The notes below the pieces were generated by a model. That model made no database searches. It saw nothing but the letters and a program-made list of their open reading frames with translations, and was not told the DNA's origin. Below, piece after piece: positions 13,613 to 27,722 of a stretch of DNA of 64,000 bases (positions are counted from its first letter, which is position 1; each line of letters starts with the position of its first letter). The translations under genes were made by a program, and so were the position numbers. Source of the stretch: Octopus sinensis (taxonomy: Eukaryota); contig NC_043000.1 of the NCBI RefSeq assembly GCF_006345805.1, positions 49,724,001 to 49,788,000 of the forward strand, written 5' to 3'.

Positions 13613-14534
13613 GTATGTATGCATGGATGTATTTATTGTGTTTGTGTCTATCTTTCATTAAATTAATGAATATTTGCAAAGAGGGCAGATACTGATACAA
13701 AAAGAGCAAAAAGCAGTTTTCTTCAAAAAGGATCATAAGCAATACTGAATCGTACCAAGTGGGAGAGCCAAATCTAGCATTGAAAGATAATATAACACAC
13801 CTAAGTGCTGCAGCACTACCACCACGTTCTTACAGAAAGGAACATTTCTATTCAGCAGTACCTTTTCCTGGCTAAGTTGACTGTGTGTGTATGGACATAG
13901 TGGAGTGTGGACTCAATACAACAATGGTAATGTGGTTATAAGCCAAATGAACATTGACCTCTCAACTTGTAGTTTGACAGCCTGTCATCTCAGCAGTTCT
14001 GTTATTTTTGACACTAGAACAGAACGTATATATTGACCTCTACGTTTAACTATCACACTGCTTGCCAATTCTCACAATTAATTATAGATGCTTTCGGCAA
14101 CAACAACTATTAGAAAAATATCACCAACACAGATCATATATACCATAAACACCACAGACATAGACAACTTAGAAAGGAAATAGAAAAAAGAAAATAGAAA
14201 AATTCCAGAACCCATTTTAATATATGAACATCTTAATGTATGGCTGGTGTTTGATTAACTGATGTTAACTCATTCAACTTCATAAATATCTGACCTCTCA
14301 GAAGACATTTATGAAATGTTTTGACACAAAACACCAGAGATGCACTGTCTCTTTTATCTCGTTTCGGTCATTAGTCTGTAGCCATGCTGGAGCACCAACT
14401 CTAAGAATTTTAAAAACCGATGTTCATTTATTGGTCCTTTTTGCCGAACTTACTAAGTAGTAAAAGAGAGTGATAAAATAAGTACCAGCTTGTCAATCAG
14501 TGGTGGTGGACAAAAACAGACAGACACACACATA

Positions 14535-15038
14535 CAGAGTGTGGTGAATAAACTGTCATCTAAATTATGCAAAAATGAAAATAACACTGATATCTCATTT
14601 TAACATATATTTACCAAAATTACATAAAAATATCTTGAAATACTAAAGAGTAAATTTATTCAATAAAATCCCCATTGGCTTCAACCACGGCCTCCAGACA
14701 ACTTTGGAATCTCCTGCAACTCTTCTGGATGGTCTCCTTGTTTAAGTTGTTGAACGCTGCCATAATCCTTATTTTCAGTTCATCTTTGGTGTTACAAGGA
14801 GTTTTGCTAGTCTCTTGCTCACACATAATAATCAAGGTTTGCAGTCTAGGGAGTTAGACGGCCAGATACTAGAGGTGATGTAGTCGCAGAAATTGGCTGA
14901 CAGCCATGACAGAGTTCTCCTGCTTGTATGGCATGATGCAGAGTCCTGCTGCCAGATATAAGGTCTTCCAGCAGCCACCCTCTTGACCCAGGGCAGCACT
15001 ACCTCCTCCAGACACTTGATGTAGGCCTCTGTGTTCAG
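14535..15038 (-). mobile_element. Tc1/mariner DD37D (maT-type) transposon remnant: transposase C-terminus plus one terminus
   Basis: Minus strand reads LNTEAYIKCLEEVVLPWVKRVAAGRPYIWQQDSASCHTSRR..IWPSNSLDCKP(fs)LDYYV..KDELKIRIMAAFNNLNKETIQKSCRRFQSCLEAVVEANGDFIE* (stop 14656-14658). The putative TIR starts TA|CAGAGTG at 14533-14541. Confidence 0.9.
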
Positions 15039-15362
15039 TGGTTATAGCATTGGGTTCACAGTCATGAGATAGCGTGTTTGATTCCTGGACTGGGATGTGT
15101 GTTGTGTTCTTGAGCAAGATACTTTATTTCTCATCGCTCCAGTTCACTCAGCTGTAGAAATGAGTTGTGAGATCACTAGTGGCAAGCTGTATTGGACTTT
15201 GCTTTCCCTTGGATAACATTGGTGGCATGGAGGGGGCGATGCTGGTATGTATGGGTGACTGCTGGTCTTCCATAAATACTCTTGCCTGGACTTGTACCTC
15301 AGAGGATAACTTCTAGATGCAATCGCAAGGTCATGCATAACTGAAGGGTGCCTTTACCCTTT
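15039..15362 (+). mobile_element. SINE family C
   Basis: B box gtttgattcct and ttgtgttcttgagcaaga..ctccagt.cactcagctg core. Related copies lie at about 5590-5850(-), 7818-8092(+), 38385-38632(-) and 50815-51056(-). Confidence 0.8.
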
Positions 15363-16150
15363 ACTCTCACAAATCCCAATAAAATGACAAATGGCATTTA
15401 TCTCAGAGAAAGTCAGAGAAGTATGGGGTAATTGATATAGTCATGTATCTCAACTCTTTCAATCCTTTTAGACACACACATGCATATACACACACACTTA
15501 TACACTTCATTCTAAGCTTAAAACTAATATCTAACTCAGTCACCGGCAAACTGTGACCAGCAGGATTTTATGAAAGGCATGCTTAAGGGAAAAAAATGTC
15601 CTTGAAATTTTTAGTATTGCAGCCCACCTAATAATGAATCATGTCCCATACACTCTGCTTCTTGAAAAGGTTTTGTCCATGACTGATCTAACTCATGGAG
15701 AATCCTTTACTAGTTTCAGCCATTTGACTATGGCCATGCTGGAGTACTGCCTTGAAGAATTTTTAGTTGAATGAATCAACCCCAGTACAGATTTTTTTAA
15801 AGCCTGGTACTTATTCTATCAGTCTCTTTTGCTGAATTGCTAAGTTATGCAGATGTAAACACACCAACACCTGTTCTCGAACAGTGGTGTGGGATATACA
15901 CTGACACAAAGACATACACAGATAGATATAGATATATATATATGATGAGCTTCTTTCAGTTTTCATCTTCCAGATTCACTTACAAGTCTTTTGTTGGCTC
16001 GAGGCTATAGTAGAAGACACTTGTCCAAAATGCTAGACAAACTTCTTACCACACTGCCATGCCTGCATCCAAGACTATTTTTAGATTTGAAACCAGAAAT
16101 ATCATTTCAAATATTCCATGTTGTACTAAACACAATTTCATAAAAGGAAC

Positions 16151-16585
16151 AGGCAGGGCTGTGTGGTAAGAAGCTTGCTTCCCAGCCACATGGGTCTAGG
16201 TTCAGACCCACTGTGTGGCACTTTGGGCAAGTGTCTTCTACTATGGCCTCAGGCTGATCAAAGCCTTGTGAGTAGATTTGGTAGATGGAAACTGAAAGAA
16301 GCCTATCATATATATATATACATATATGTATACACATACATACATGTGTGTATTTATGTGCGTGTGTGTTTGTGTTTGTCCCCACCAAAATCTCTTGACA
16401 ACCAATTCTGGTGTGTTTATGTATCTGTAACTTAGCAGTTTGGCAAAAGAGATTGATAGAATTAGTACTAGGCTTACAAAGAATAAGTCTTGGGTGTTGA
16501 TGTCTTCAACTAAAACCCTTTAAGACGGTACTCTAGCATGGCCATAGTCAAATGACTGAAACAAGTAAAAGAATAAAAGAATAAA
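16151..16585 (+). mobile_element. SINE family A (older)
   Basis: Head, body and tail recognisable. A minus-strand copy lies at about 15700-16055. Confidence 0.85.
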
Positions 16586-16802
16586 TCGTAGAACTTTGTT
16601 TTATTACATAATCTTGTGAAACCCTTGTGGCTGAAAACGTGGTTGCATTGCTTCATTCAGTGACTCAAATATTTCTGGTAATTTCTACTGTAAAATGAAG
16701 CTATCCAATTAAATAAACTTATTAAGAAAGCAGTTATGCAGCAAAATAAAATTATTAACACAAACACACATGTATATATGTATGTACATATCTGTGTGTG
16801 CA

Positions 16803-16846
<44 letters not shown>

Positions 16847-17029
16847 TTTTAATAATATAAGTAAAAACACTTTAAAAAAAATTGGATTACATAACTAAGT
16901 TTAAGATAAATAATGTAAAATATTTTAAATGGAATGGAATATACAATATTTAAAATTTGATGAGCTTATTTCTAGTTTACTGTAGACAGATTGAATTAAA
17001 GTAAACAAGGCATACATTCACGCATACAC

Positions 17030-17103
17030 TTATATGTATGCATATGCATGCATATGCATGTCAGTAAGTTTATGTGTGCATGTATACATACATGCATGTA
17101 TAT

Positions 17104-17171
<68 letters not shown>

Positions 17172-17195
17172 CATATATATATGTACATTTATGCA

Positions 17196-17238
<43 letters not shown>

Positions 17239-17290
17239 TATATATACACACATATATGCATGTACATACATACACACACATATGTATATA
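17030..17290. repeat. Compound (TA)n/(CA)n/(ATGC)n microsatellite
   Basis: Direct reading. Similar compound tracts lie at 2290-2550, 28400-28780, 36870-37060, 37460-37700, 49130-49560 and 60175-60530. Confidence 0.95.
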
Positions 17291-17829
17291 AATAAATCAA
17301 AGTATACAGTATATTTTATATATATTGTGGCTGATCTTACCAATCAGTTTTTGCACTGCATATTAAACTGGATGTTAGATAATTGCACAGTAAAATAATA
17401 TCGCATGTTCATCAGAGCTGGGCAATCATAGATGATGATGATGGTGCGTATGTTTGTGTGTGTGTTAAGATTATACAATTTATATATTGCAAACAATTGA
17501 TATAATTTATGTGTCATAGAACTGAATGTTCCTGTTAAACCAAATCAACGACTGATGATATTCCTTGGTGATACCAAGTTCGCTGCATTAACAAAGTGAT
17601 TGGAAAAATCATGAATGCTACAGTTACCTTTTGTTTTTACAATCCTTATATATTTAGGCCTCATTCTTAATACTGAAGCAGGTAAAAGGGAACCACTCCA
17701 GATTAACCTTTCCTTTGAGAGTACCCTAACAACAACATGACTGTAAAGTACACTCAGCACTGGATTAGCCATTAAGCAAAATAAGCACCTGCTTAAGGTA
17801 TCAAGGAAAGGAGGGGGCACTACTGAAAT

Positions 17830-18144
17830 GTTAAATGGCTTATGGCACAAAAGAAATCACTTTAATCTTGCTAAAATAATATTCAGGATGCCTTTATCTC
17901 TTCTAAGTAGAGATGCAGATGCGTTACCTAAGATTAATTTTGAGGATCTGATCAAAAATGTAGGAGGAAACTTTTCAAATATAAATAAAGTGGAAGTATA
18001 CAAAAAGAAACATTATTTTCCCTCTTACTGTTTTGTTTCATTTTGAGAAATAAAGATTTATATATTTTGAATTACATAATCTTTTATGGAGGCACCAAAA
18101 TTTTTTAAGTGCTTAGGGTCTTGTTGGGTCTTAATCCAGCCCTG
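17830..18144 (+). mobile_element. hAT transposon 3' remnant (dimerisation-domain end plus TIR)
   Basis: LSLLSRDADALPKINFEDLIKN resembles the hAT C-terminal LS(L/M)LSIE.D.L..I.FEDLI motif. The terminus CTTAATCCAGCCCTG is the reverse complement of the hAT-type TIR CAGGGCTGGATTAAG. The left end was not found. Confidence 0.55.
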
Positions 18145-19139
18145 GGTACCTTCCATTTTATGGCTGTGCTGAAGCAGTAAAATTCAGATAGGATGCTGCA
18201 GTAGGAAGTAGCACTCCAGCACAACAAGCATTCAGCTATCTTGAAATCAAGAGACCTAGTTTGGATGCTTGCTGCAGAGTGGATTAAAGCACCAGGTAGT
18301 GCTACTAAACCATGCAACCAGTTAGGTCTGTCACTCAAAATGGATTTGTTACTTTCCATGTAGAAATTAAATATAATAGTGTTTGGTGCTTTATAGAACT
18401 ACTTTTGGTAGATTCTGAACTTCATACTACTGAGTCCTAAATGCATTGCATTAATCTTTCAGCTGAGAAGTTTGACATATTTGGACAACATAACATGATT
18501 TCTCAGGAAATAGGAACTTATCGCTGACTTTATCAGTTGTGAATAAAAGCCAGAGAAATGAAATTTGTAAATCAATTTCACAATACAAGTTATGGTTTAA
18601 CCTTCAATTCCAACCAATGTAGTAAATCAGCAAAAGAAAACTTTCCTTGTAATTTCCTAAAGTTTTTGGTAATTGACCAAGGATTGACAATTCTCTTAAG
18701 GATATGGTAGATAGTTACAAATGATTATTGCTGCTTTTGATTTAAAATATTGTTTGATCATGCATGAAATGGAATGGTCAGAGTAATTGTGACTAAAGTG
18801 AAAATGGTATTATAAAGAGTGATATTCTAGCAGTGATAAGTTGGCCATAAATAAGACAGAGTGTGTCTATTATAGTTGTCTTTCTTTCTTCTTTTCTTTT
18901 TTTTATTATTAGATTAACATCAATATGAATGGTAGAATTCTATGCAGTCTGCAATTGTGAATTTATTATTGATGTTGATACTCATGAATTTGATTTTGAT
19001 TTAGTTATTTCCATTTTTAAAATCTGCATTTCCATATTTGTAGAGGTTGGTTAAGAAAGCAAATGTGAACATTCACATTCTAGGGAGGGTAGGGGATCAA
19101 GAACTGTGTTTTTTTTGTTTTGTTGTTTTTCTTTATTTA

Positions 19140-19520
19140 GCCATGTGGTAATAAGTTTGCTTCCCAATTACATGTTTTCGGATTCATTCCCACTGTGTGG
19201 CCCCATGGGCAACTGTATTCTACTATAGCCTTGGGCTGGCCAAAGCCTTATGAGTGGATTTGGTAGACAGAAGCTAAAAGAGGCTCATAGTGTGTGTTTG
19301 TCTTTGTGTCTGTGTTTGTTCCCCATCCTACTGCTTGACAACCAATGCTGGTGTGGTTACATCCCCCATAACTTAGTGGTTTGGCAAAGAGACCAACCAA
19401 CAGAATGAGTACCAAGCTTAAAAATAAGTACTAAAGTTGATTAGTTTGACTAAAATTCCTTAAGACAGTGCCTTGGCATGGCTATAGTCTAATGACTGAA
19501 ACAAGTAAAAGATAAAAGAT
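19140..19520 (+). mobile_element. SINE family A (older)
   Basis: Diverged match. Confidence 0.8.
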
Positions 19521-19780
19521 ATAGTAAGACCTCACAATGGCTGGTCATAGAAAATTCAAACCCAGAATGCAAAGAGCTTAAACAAAAACTAGGATGGCAT
19601 CAAATCCAATGCTCTAATATTGTTCTTTTCCAGTCCACTGCCTTAGACAGAGACACTTCCATTTCATCCAGAAAGAAGAAAGGACAAATTTGAGCTTGGC
19701 ATGGTATGCAAGGTATCAAGGCATTTCATTCAATACTCTGTTTCTATCAATTTACAATTGTGTCCTTTTCTCTATCTCAC

Positions 19781-19813
<33 letters not shown>

Positions 19814-22800
19814 GTGGAACAAAAATGCAACAGCGGACAATAAAACATTCAGACAGATAGATGATACAAAGGTGTTCAGGAGAAACAACAATTAGAAGGA
19901 CAAGAAAGCAAAGATGGGTCATTCGTGGCCTTCTTTCCTCAGTCAAGTTACCAGAAGTCCTTACTGTTTCGGGCAGTTACACTTGAGACAGTTGGATCTG
20001 GTTGTCACCCAAAAAGTTTAAGCTAAGAGTGTTAGATTTTTTGTAAGAAAGCTAGCAAATGTGTACAGCAACAAAGAAAACAAAAAAGAAAAAAAAGGAG
20101 AACATGGTACACAATTACAAATACAAACAACAAGAATATAACAACGGGTGTCTTTCAATTGAGAACAAATCAAATTGAGCTGGCATGTATGAAGTGAAAG
20201 CCTAAAGGCAGAAACAGAAAATGATATGTTATATTTGTGTGTGTGTGTGTGTATATATATTATATATATATATATATAGCATGTGTGTGCACATGCATAC
20301 ATGCATAAGATATATGTATGTGTATATAGAATTTAGGTAATATATTTGATGACATTAGGTACATAGAATTAGTGCTTAGGTTGACTTGATATCTAAAATT
20401 CCAACTTGTAATGCAACTAAAAGCAAGGATGTTATAATTGCCTAATAGTGATTGGCTATAGGACAGTTTATCAATTGAGCAGGAGCATGTGTAATAGACT
20501 AAAAGTATGAACAGGCAAACGATTAGTGTGAGGTTAGATTATGACATTTATATATTTAAACTTGAAGATTCAGTTGTTACAGGAGTATATATCATAAAGA
20601 AGGAAGAAGCTATGCAGATAGACTTTACAGCTGTTTCAAGAATGGATGTGCATATGGTGCATTTCTCTGAAAACGAGCTGCAGCTACCTAAAGAGTAGCA
20701 GTGTGTACCATCACCAGAGAGAGAACGATGTAGATCCTTAGTAGAGAATTTTGGTCTACTGTTGTGGGAGGTGCAGGGGAAAGTTTAAAGGAAAAGAAGC
20801 AGAGAAAACAAAGTCTTAATAATATGAGGATAGATAAAAACTAACTGTCAGGGCAAGAGATAGATACATAAATTTCTAAAGTTACTGGAGGATATATAGA
20901 GAGGAGTCACTGGTGCCGATATGAGTAGGGCAGGAAAGGTGGAAAGCTGACAAAATTGTTAGCACGCTGGGCAAAATGCTTAGCAGTATTTCGTCCTGCT
21001 TTATGTTGCGAGTTCAAATTCTGCTGAGGTCAACTTTGCCTTTCATCTTTCCATGCTAGATAAAATATGTACCAGTTGAGTACTGAGGCCGATGTAATTG
21101 ACTTCACCTCTCTCCAGAATTCCTGTCCTTGTACCAAAATATGAAATCAATATGCGTAGAGAATGGAGAAGCTACATAGAATGGTGTTAAGAAGACCATG
21201 TGTACAGTGGCAACAGCATGTAAGACAAGTGTGTTAGAATTATGAGTTAGCTAGCTGAACCAGTGGGGAGGGGGTTAATTACAAGATAAGGAATAACTAC
21301 TATCTACAGCAGTTCGTTATGGTGGTCAGTATGATGGGTGTGGAAAGGAAAGAGTTATACTAAGTTGTTATATCACAATACTATACAGTGGCTGTGTGAG
21401 CTAAGAAATCCTCATCGCCACTGTTATGTCGCATGTTCGGATGCCTCAACTACTCTGTTCTCTCTACTTTAGTCTACTCCAACTGCTACTCAACTGTGCT
21501 CTAGGCTTTTTCCTCTATATCTCAATATTGGGCTAGCCTACTTCATCATCTGGGGGTGTCCACACAACATAAGTATAGGGTGTGGGAGATACAAGAGAGT
21601 TGAGAAGTGATTAAAGTTAAGCATGATATTATGTATGTATATTCTCCTGATTTCCTGTAATTCAGAGCACCACATGGTCCCAGTAGACAAAATGGAAAAG
21701 GTGTTGCTCCGGAGGATGGTGAGGGAGATGTGCTGGAACACCCACACTGACATACAGGGCTTGCACTTGTGTATATCCATCTCCACCTCAAGAGTGGTGA
21801 ACAGGCGAACAGCAGTCTAGGGGCCAAGAATGCTGGAAGTCACCACTGCCTCAGGCTTGACCATAAACCTGTCAAAGCAACTAATATTTTGACAGTTTGT
21901 TTTCCTTAGCCTGATGAGCAGTGGAGTCTGGGCTGGTAGCTGCCACTGAAGGTGTCACCAAGCTGCCACTGAAGAAGATTTCACAGCATGTGGCATTTCA
22001 GATTAGGGTGCCCTACTACAACAGAACAAGAAAATTGTCACGCTGCCTAGGATGATGGAGTTCTGAGGGTAGTGAGTGTGCTTTAGATGTATGCATTTGT
22101 TGATAGTTATCAAAATAGAGAAATTATTTATTGTAACAATAAGGAAATAATATTTAAAACTGTAAGTTCGGTGAAGAGTATACATATTATTAAGAGTGGC
22201 TATAGGAGTAGCAGAAGAGTAAAAACAGACACATCTTAAAATTAGTACATTAGCAGAGAATATCTAAATTGATTCCTAAAATATGATAAGTGGTCACTTG
22301 AGAATAATATTTAGTTAAATTGTTGTAATGTAATTACAATCAGAATGGATGGGGAAATTAAGAATTATGCAATATGGAATCAAACAGAATTGGTGTAAGT
22401 GGTACATTTAGAATAAGGGGAACCAAATAAAGATATCAGATGGGTATATAGAATGATAGTCAAGTAAAAGATGATGAATAAATTGGTGCATTACAGATTA
22501 AATTAAATAAAATAAATAGGCATATATCTACTTTATGTGGGTGAGAATTTCTCGAGAGATTCAAAGTACTGCATATACATTTGCAATAAAATTAGAACGT
22601 TTTGCAGAATCTGTGGACACAAGTGGTAAACTTTTCATTTATCACCTGTTTAATAATTGCTGTGGATTAGGTAACAGAATTTGTATAGATTCTTTTAAGA
22701 ATTACCAACATGGATAGACCAAGTAATGCTGTATGTACACAGTGTTCCTTCAGGTTATGTAAGTGGTTAGCTAGTGAGGTAGATTTATAGTATTTAGCGG

Positions 22801-24738
22801 ATTCTTCAAAACATTTAGTCTTTTGTGAAAATATTACTTTGTTTGGGAACAAATGAGGGTTGACATCAGGAAGAAAATCTACCTCAGCAAATTACATCTG
22901 ACTTATGCCATAAAATGATGATGTCTGTGATCACATTATCCAATATGTCCTTCTATAAGGGATGTACAGTGAATGTTTTTTTTACTGTGATGATTTAACT
23001 GCCATTTCTAGCATAACAAGAGGCTGTATTGAGCTATCGTTTATCCAATTAGAATGTGTTTAAATACTATGGGTTTTACTCTATAAACTCAAATGCTAAA
23101 TTTAAGCTACCAGTCTACTGGAACTTGCAAAAACGAAGCTTTCTTTTAAAAAATCTTATTAGCTTTTTGTTGAAACATGAAAGTTCTTCCCTTCATATAT
23201 TCACACACATGTGTGCACACACACATACACACACACCACACACATACCCATACCTCAGATACTTATTTAACATCAATCACAAATGCAGCAAAAATAATAA
23301 AGATTTAGTTCTCTAAAGTAAAATAGAAGATTAAAAACAAGGAAAAGAAAATGAGATAAATTTCAGAAATTATAGAAGTGAAACTTTTGAGAAAATTTTT
23401 AACAGAAGCAAAAACTATGTTACGTAGTAACAGAATAATGATCTAGAAGACAAACAATAATTGCCAGTATTTTTATAACAACTTTCTGTTATTGAAAGTT
23501 TCTGAGCACAGTAAATTATTTGAACCAAAAATCTGAACTTAAGAAGTGAGTGGACTGTAAGTAATTTAAGATGAATACAAATAATGAAGCCAAGATGAAT
23601 TGTAAAAAGAATCCATATTTCCTTTCAGAATAAGCTTTTTCAATAGAGCACTTCGTATCTAATATTTTCATTGCAGACAATATCAATCTATATATTTCTC
23701 TGAGCAAAGAATTAGAACTATCAAGAAACCCTTAAAATAACTTGTCAACAAAGCCCCATCTCTTTAGAGTATTTGACAGATCATTGTTGTTATGATTAAA
23801 ACTTTTCATGAGAGGAGTTTATCTATATAAGCATTTTTCTTTTTTTTTTCTTTTTTTTTTTTGTAAGATGGGGGAAAAAAAAAATAGCATAATGAAATAC
23901 ATAATGAAAAACAACAGTTCTTAGGAGTGGATACTCCACTCCTAATAAATGTTGTTTTCAGTCAGCAAAAGGATTTCAATGATAATAGACAGACTCCCAA
24001 AACATTATCAAAATAGCTAAAAGGAATGCAATGAAGACACAAAAAAAATTAAAATGAATATTTTAGTGAGTGGTCAAGTGGATTCAATTTTTGGTTCTTT
24101 ATAAAAATAGATTCTTTGTCCAAAATCTGTTGATTGCAAACTCATAATCATTTAGCTTTTCAATCTCACTCATTTTTTAAATTATTTTTTTGGTGGGTAC
24201 CTCAATGGATTATAAACTAGTAAAATAATCTCATCTGTTTCTAGACCACAATAATGACTAGCATAAAAATGACCATATATCAAAAATAGAAGTACATATT
24301 TGTAAGGGTTAGACACAAAGAACCACATCTTACAAGAAACTTAATTCCAATAAGGAGAGAATTTAAAAGAAATTAAACTTTGCCTGGATTTTTGCTGTTT
24401 TTTTTTGTTGTAATTTGAAATGCTAGGAATTTAAAGTAAACAGAATTCTTTTTTTAAATATCCATCGTAATATGTTTGTTACTAGAGTAATCATGTTAAA
24501 CTTGAGAAGAGAATTATGGTAAGAGAAGATGAGATGAAATAACAACATAAAGTCATTTCCATGGAAGTGTAAACTCACTAGTTTCTGTCCACATGCTTTT
24601 TTCATCATATAAGCATCAGTATATATATATACATACATATGTATATATGCATTTATACATATTTATGTATGTCTATCAAAATAAGCAACCGGATATTAAG
24701 AGGTGATGTAGTACAACCGTTTCAAGCAGCTCCATTTA

Positions 24739-25133
24739 ATTGAAAAATGCAACCAGTGCATCAATTTAAATGCAGGGCTGACAATATTTATGACCATACC
24801 CAACTACAAACTGTCAACTCACTCTGTCTATCCATTCTAAACAGACACTGTCCTCTAGCCTTAGATTTGATAGTTGATAAAAAAGACTAATAAATGAAAA
24901 ATGAACCACAATCCGTTACAAAGTATGACCCTAACAAACTTCCTACAGTTCGAAGAAGTGTAATATATTTTGAGTTACATTAGTAGCAACATGGACTTTT
25001 TCCCTCTTCTTGCTCTATTAGAGAATTTAAGTTAAATTATATTAATGTGTCCAACTGATTAAAAAACTCTATTTATATATGCAGCTGAGGATAGCCCTGC
25101 ATTTAAATTGATGTAATGATTGCATTGTTCAAT
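24739..25133. mobile_element. MITE-like element with ~41-bp imperfect TIRs
   Basis: attgaaaaatgcaaccagtgcatcaatttaaatgcagggct ... agccctgcatttaaattgatgtaatgattgcattgttcaat. No coding capacity, and the TSD is not clear. Confidence 0.7.
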
Positions 25134-26433
25134 ATCTTCTATTATAGACTTGGGTCAACCAAAGACTTATGAGTGGATTTGGTAGACAGTAACAGGAAGA
25201 AGCCTGTCATGTATATATAGTGTTGGTGTGCTTATGTCCCCATAATGTAGCAGTTCAGCAAAGAAAAACAGATAGAATAAGTACCAAGCTTAAAAAAAAA
25301 AGAAGTCCTGGGGTCAATTTGTTTGACTGGTACCCTTTAAGGTAGTGCCCTATAATGGCCACAATCAAATGACTGAAACAAGTAAAAAAAAAACCCACAA
25401 TATTTACAAGAATAACAAGTTACCAAACAACCTGGTTGTTATCAACCCTGATTCAGAAGACCTATGCTGAAAACTTATCATCTAGTAAGGACCTTTCTGT
25501 TAGCTTAGGGATATGTTGAACTACATTATCTAATGTGTCCTTATTTAAAATAAGGACACATTTAAAATGGTAGAGTGTACTTTGAGTGATTTTGCTGCTA
25601 TTTTTAGCATGTCAAGTGGCCTCTAGAGATTCTTTTACTGGCTCGTGAAGAAACCAAGTCTAATTTCAAGTCATGTTTTAATTACCGTCATGTAATGAAC
25701 AATTATTCCCAACGGTATGGAGATATCATATTTAATCAAGGATTAAAGTCTTAATTTTTAATCTTTGTTGCAAAGAAAATTTTAGTGTTGACATTTTATT
25801 ATTCAAGTATAACAGAATTAATTTTCATTAAGTCCATCATTATCACAAAAATTTTAACTCCATCTATTGGATTAACCATTTCCTGCTCACTGTATAGAGT
25901 TGCTTCTTTTGACATCTTCACATTTGCCACCGGATTAGCTGCGATTATACTGATCTGTGATTAAATGTTTACCCACAGTGACTGCTGGTCCTTTTTTTAC
26001 ACTCAGTAGGTTTATCCTCATCGTTTAACATCCATTTTCCATGTTGGCATGGGTTGGACGGTTTGACTGAGGTCTGGAGAGCCAAACAGCTGCACCAGGC
26101 TCCAAACTGATCTGGCAATGTTTCTACAGCTAGATGCCCTTCCTAATGCCAACCACTCCATGAGTGTAGTGAGTGCTTTTTACATGCCACCAGCACAGGG
26201 GCCAGTTAGGCAGGCCTGGCATCAATCACGTTCAGATAGTGATTTTTGTGTGCCACTGGCACAGGAGCCAGACTCAATACAGTGCCAGCTACAAATAATT
26301 TGTACAGAATCTAAATTATAGATTTGGTATTTTTATAACAGTTATCCATTGTTTAATAAATTCTGTTTGTCAATTTATTAATTTAACCTGCAAGAAATTA
26401 ACATTGATATATTAGCTCAGATATTTGTCTTTG

Positions 26434-26499
26434 TATAGTCTGATGAGCTGTCCACAAGGCTGTAGCTTTCATGGATACAAAACCATTGGTCACTCTATA
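26434..26499 (+). ncRNA. Type-I hammerhead ribozyme, G12A
   Basis: UAUAGU CUGAUGA G[C]UGUCCA-CAAGGCUGUAGCUUUCA-UGGAUAC AAA ACC-AUU-GGU C ACUCUAUA. All three stems form, the cleavage triplet is GUC (C17=26491), and the only core change is G12->A. Confidence 0.85.
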
Positions 26500-27242
26500 A
26501 CCAGAATTTAAACTTTATGTTTTAATACTTACTGTTCTATTCTTAAGAGTGTAATTCTTATTTTGATATATATATATATATATATATACAGAGTCAGAGA
26601 GAAAGAGAGAGATAGAGAACTAGTCATAGCTAGTTCATAGGGTTACTCAGAATTTCGCATCCATAAAGCTCTTAGCTTTTCACACGTCTCACCAGACCCT
26701 AATGGCTGGTGACCTATAACCTGTCTTTGAATTGGAGGGAGAAAAGGCCTTGTGGCTAATTTTCTAACACACAAAGGTCATGCACAAGGGATTGTCTCCC
26801 TTAGACCACTATCTGGAATTCACTCTCTCAGCTTGTGGGTCCCAGGATTGCAGTAGGAATCACCTGAAATGTAAACAAGGTCCAAAAACTTCTGTCTTGG
26901 AATTTAAGATGCTCCTCAGGTCAAGGGAGTTCTTTTAATATCCTCACCCATTCTGCTATGCACAGCTTCTTCCTTTCAATTTGAAGGGAGGTTATAGGCC
27001 ACATGCCTCCAATTCCAACTGAACTTTCTGTACAAATGATCTTGCAACATTTAGAAAGTTGCTAATTTCTAAATCACTGTGGTTTGTATGCATAGCAACT
27101 ATGACTGCATGTCTTCTCATTTCTTGATTTAGCATGATATCTTGAAAGGGTTACATGAAAGAAAAAAAAATGATACATTAAATAATTTGAAGGTGTAATG
27201 AACTAAAAATGAAATGTCCTCAAATACCCCTCATACTCTGTA

Positions 27243-27495
27243 TGTGTATCATCATCATCATCATCATTTAGCGTCTGCTTCCCATGCTAGCATGGGTTGG
27301 ATGGTTCAACTGGGGTCTGGGAAGCCAGAAGGCTGCACCAGGCCCAGTCTGGTCTGGCAGTGTTTCTACGGCTGGATGCCTTTCCTAACATCAACCACTC
27401 CGTGAGTGTAGTGGGTGCTTTTTACGTGCCACCGACACAGGTGCCAGATGGGGCTTGCAAACGGCCATGGACGGATGGTGCTTTTTACGTGCCAT
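27243..27495 (-). mobile_element. 5'-truncated RTE 3' tail
   Basis: Reverse complement of the 36600-36870 tail, starting with (CAT)n. Confidence 0.88.
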
Positions 27496-27570
27496 ATATA
27501 TATACCGGAGTAAACACATAAATGTGAAACAAGGTGGAAAAAAGAGTACTCAAATACCAGAGGTAGAGTA

Positions 27571-27722
27571 ATATACTTTATTTAAAAGCAGCAGAAATTT
27601 AACAAAAGCTGTTACTCGGAGTTTCACGTTCCCGTTTGTCGGACAGTTTTGTTAACAACTGGAACGGGAACATGAAACTCTGAGTAACAGCTTTTGTTAA
27701 ATTTCTGCTGCTTTTAAATAAA

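Noticed and set aside
19915-19945. CUGAGGA motif on the minus strand
   Set aside because: It has no stem II pairing and GAAU instead of GAAA, so it is not supportable as a hammerhead.
21910-21975. CUGAUGA followed by CAGUGG/CCACUG stem
   Set aside because: No GAAA or stem III follows.
20430-21980. Purine-rich stretches and short ORFs possibly from an old CR1/L2-like LINE
   Set aside because: No diagnostic RT or endonuclease motif could be recovered.
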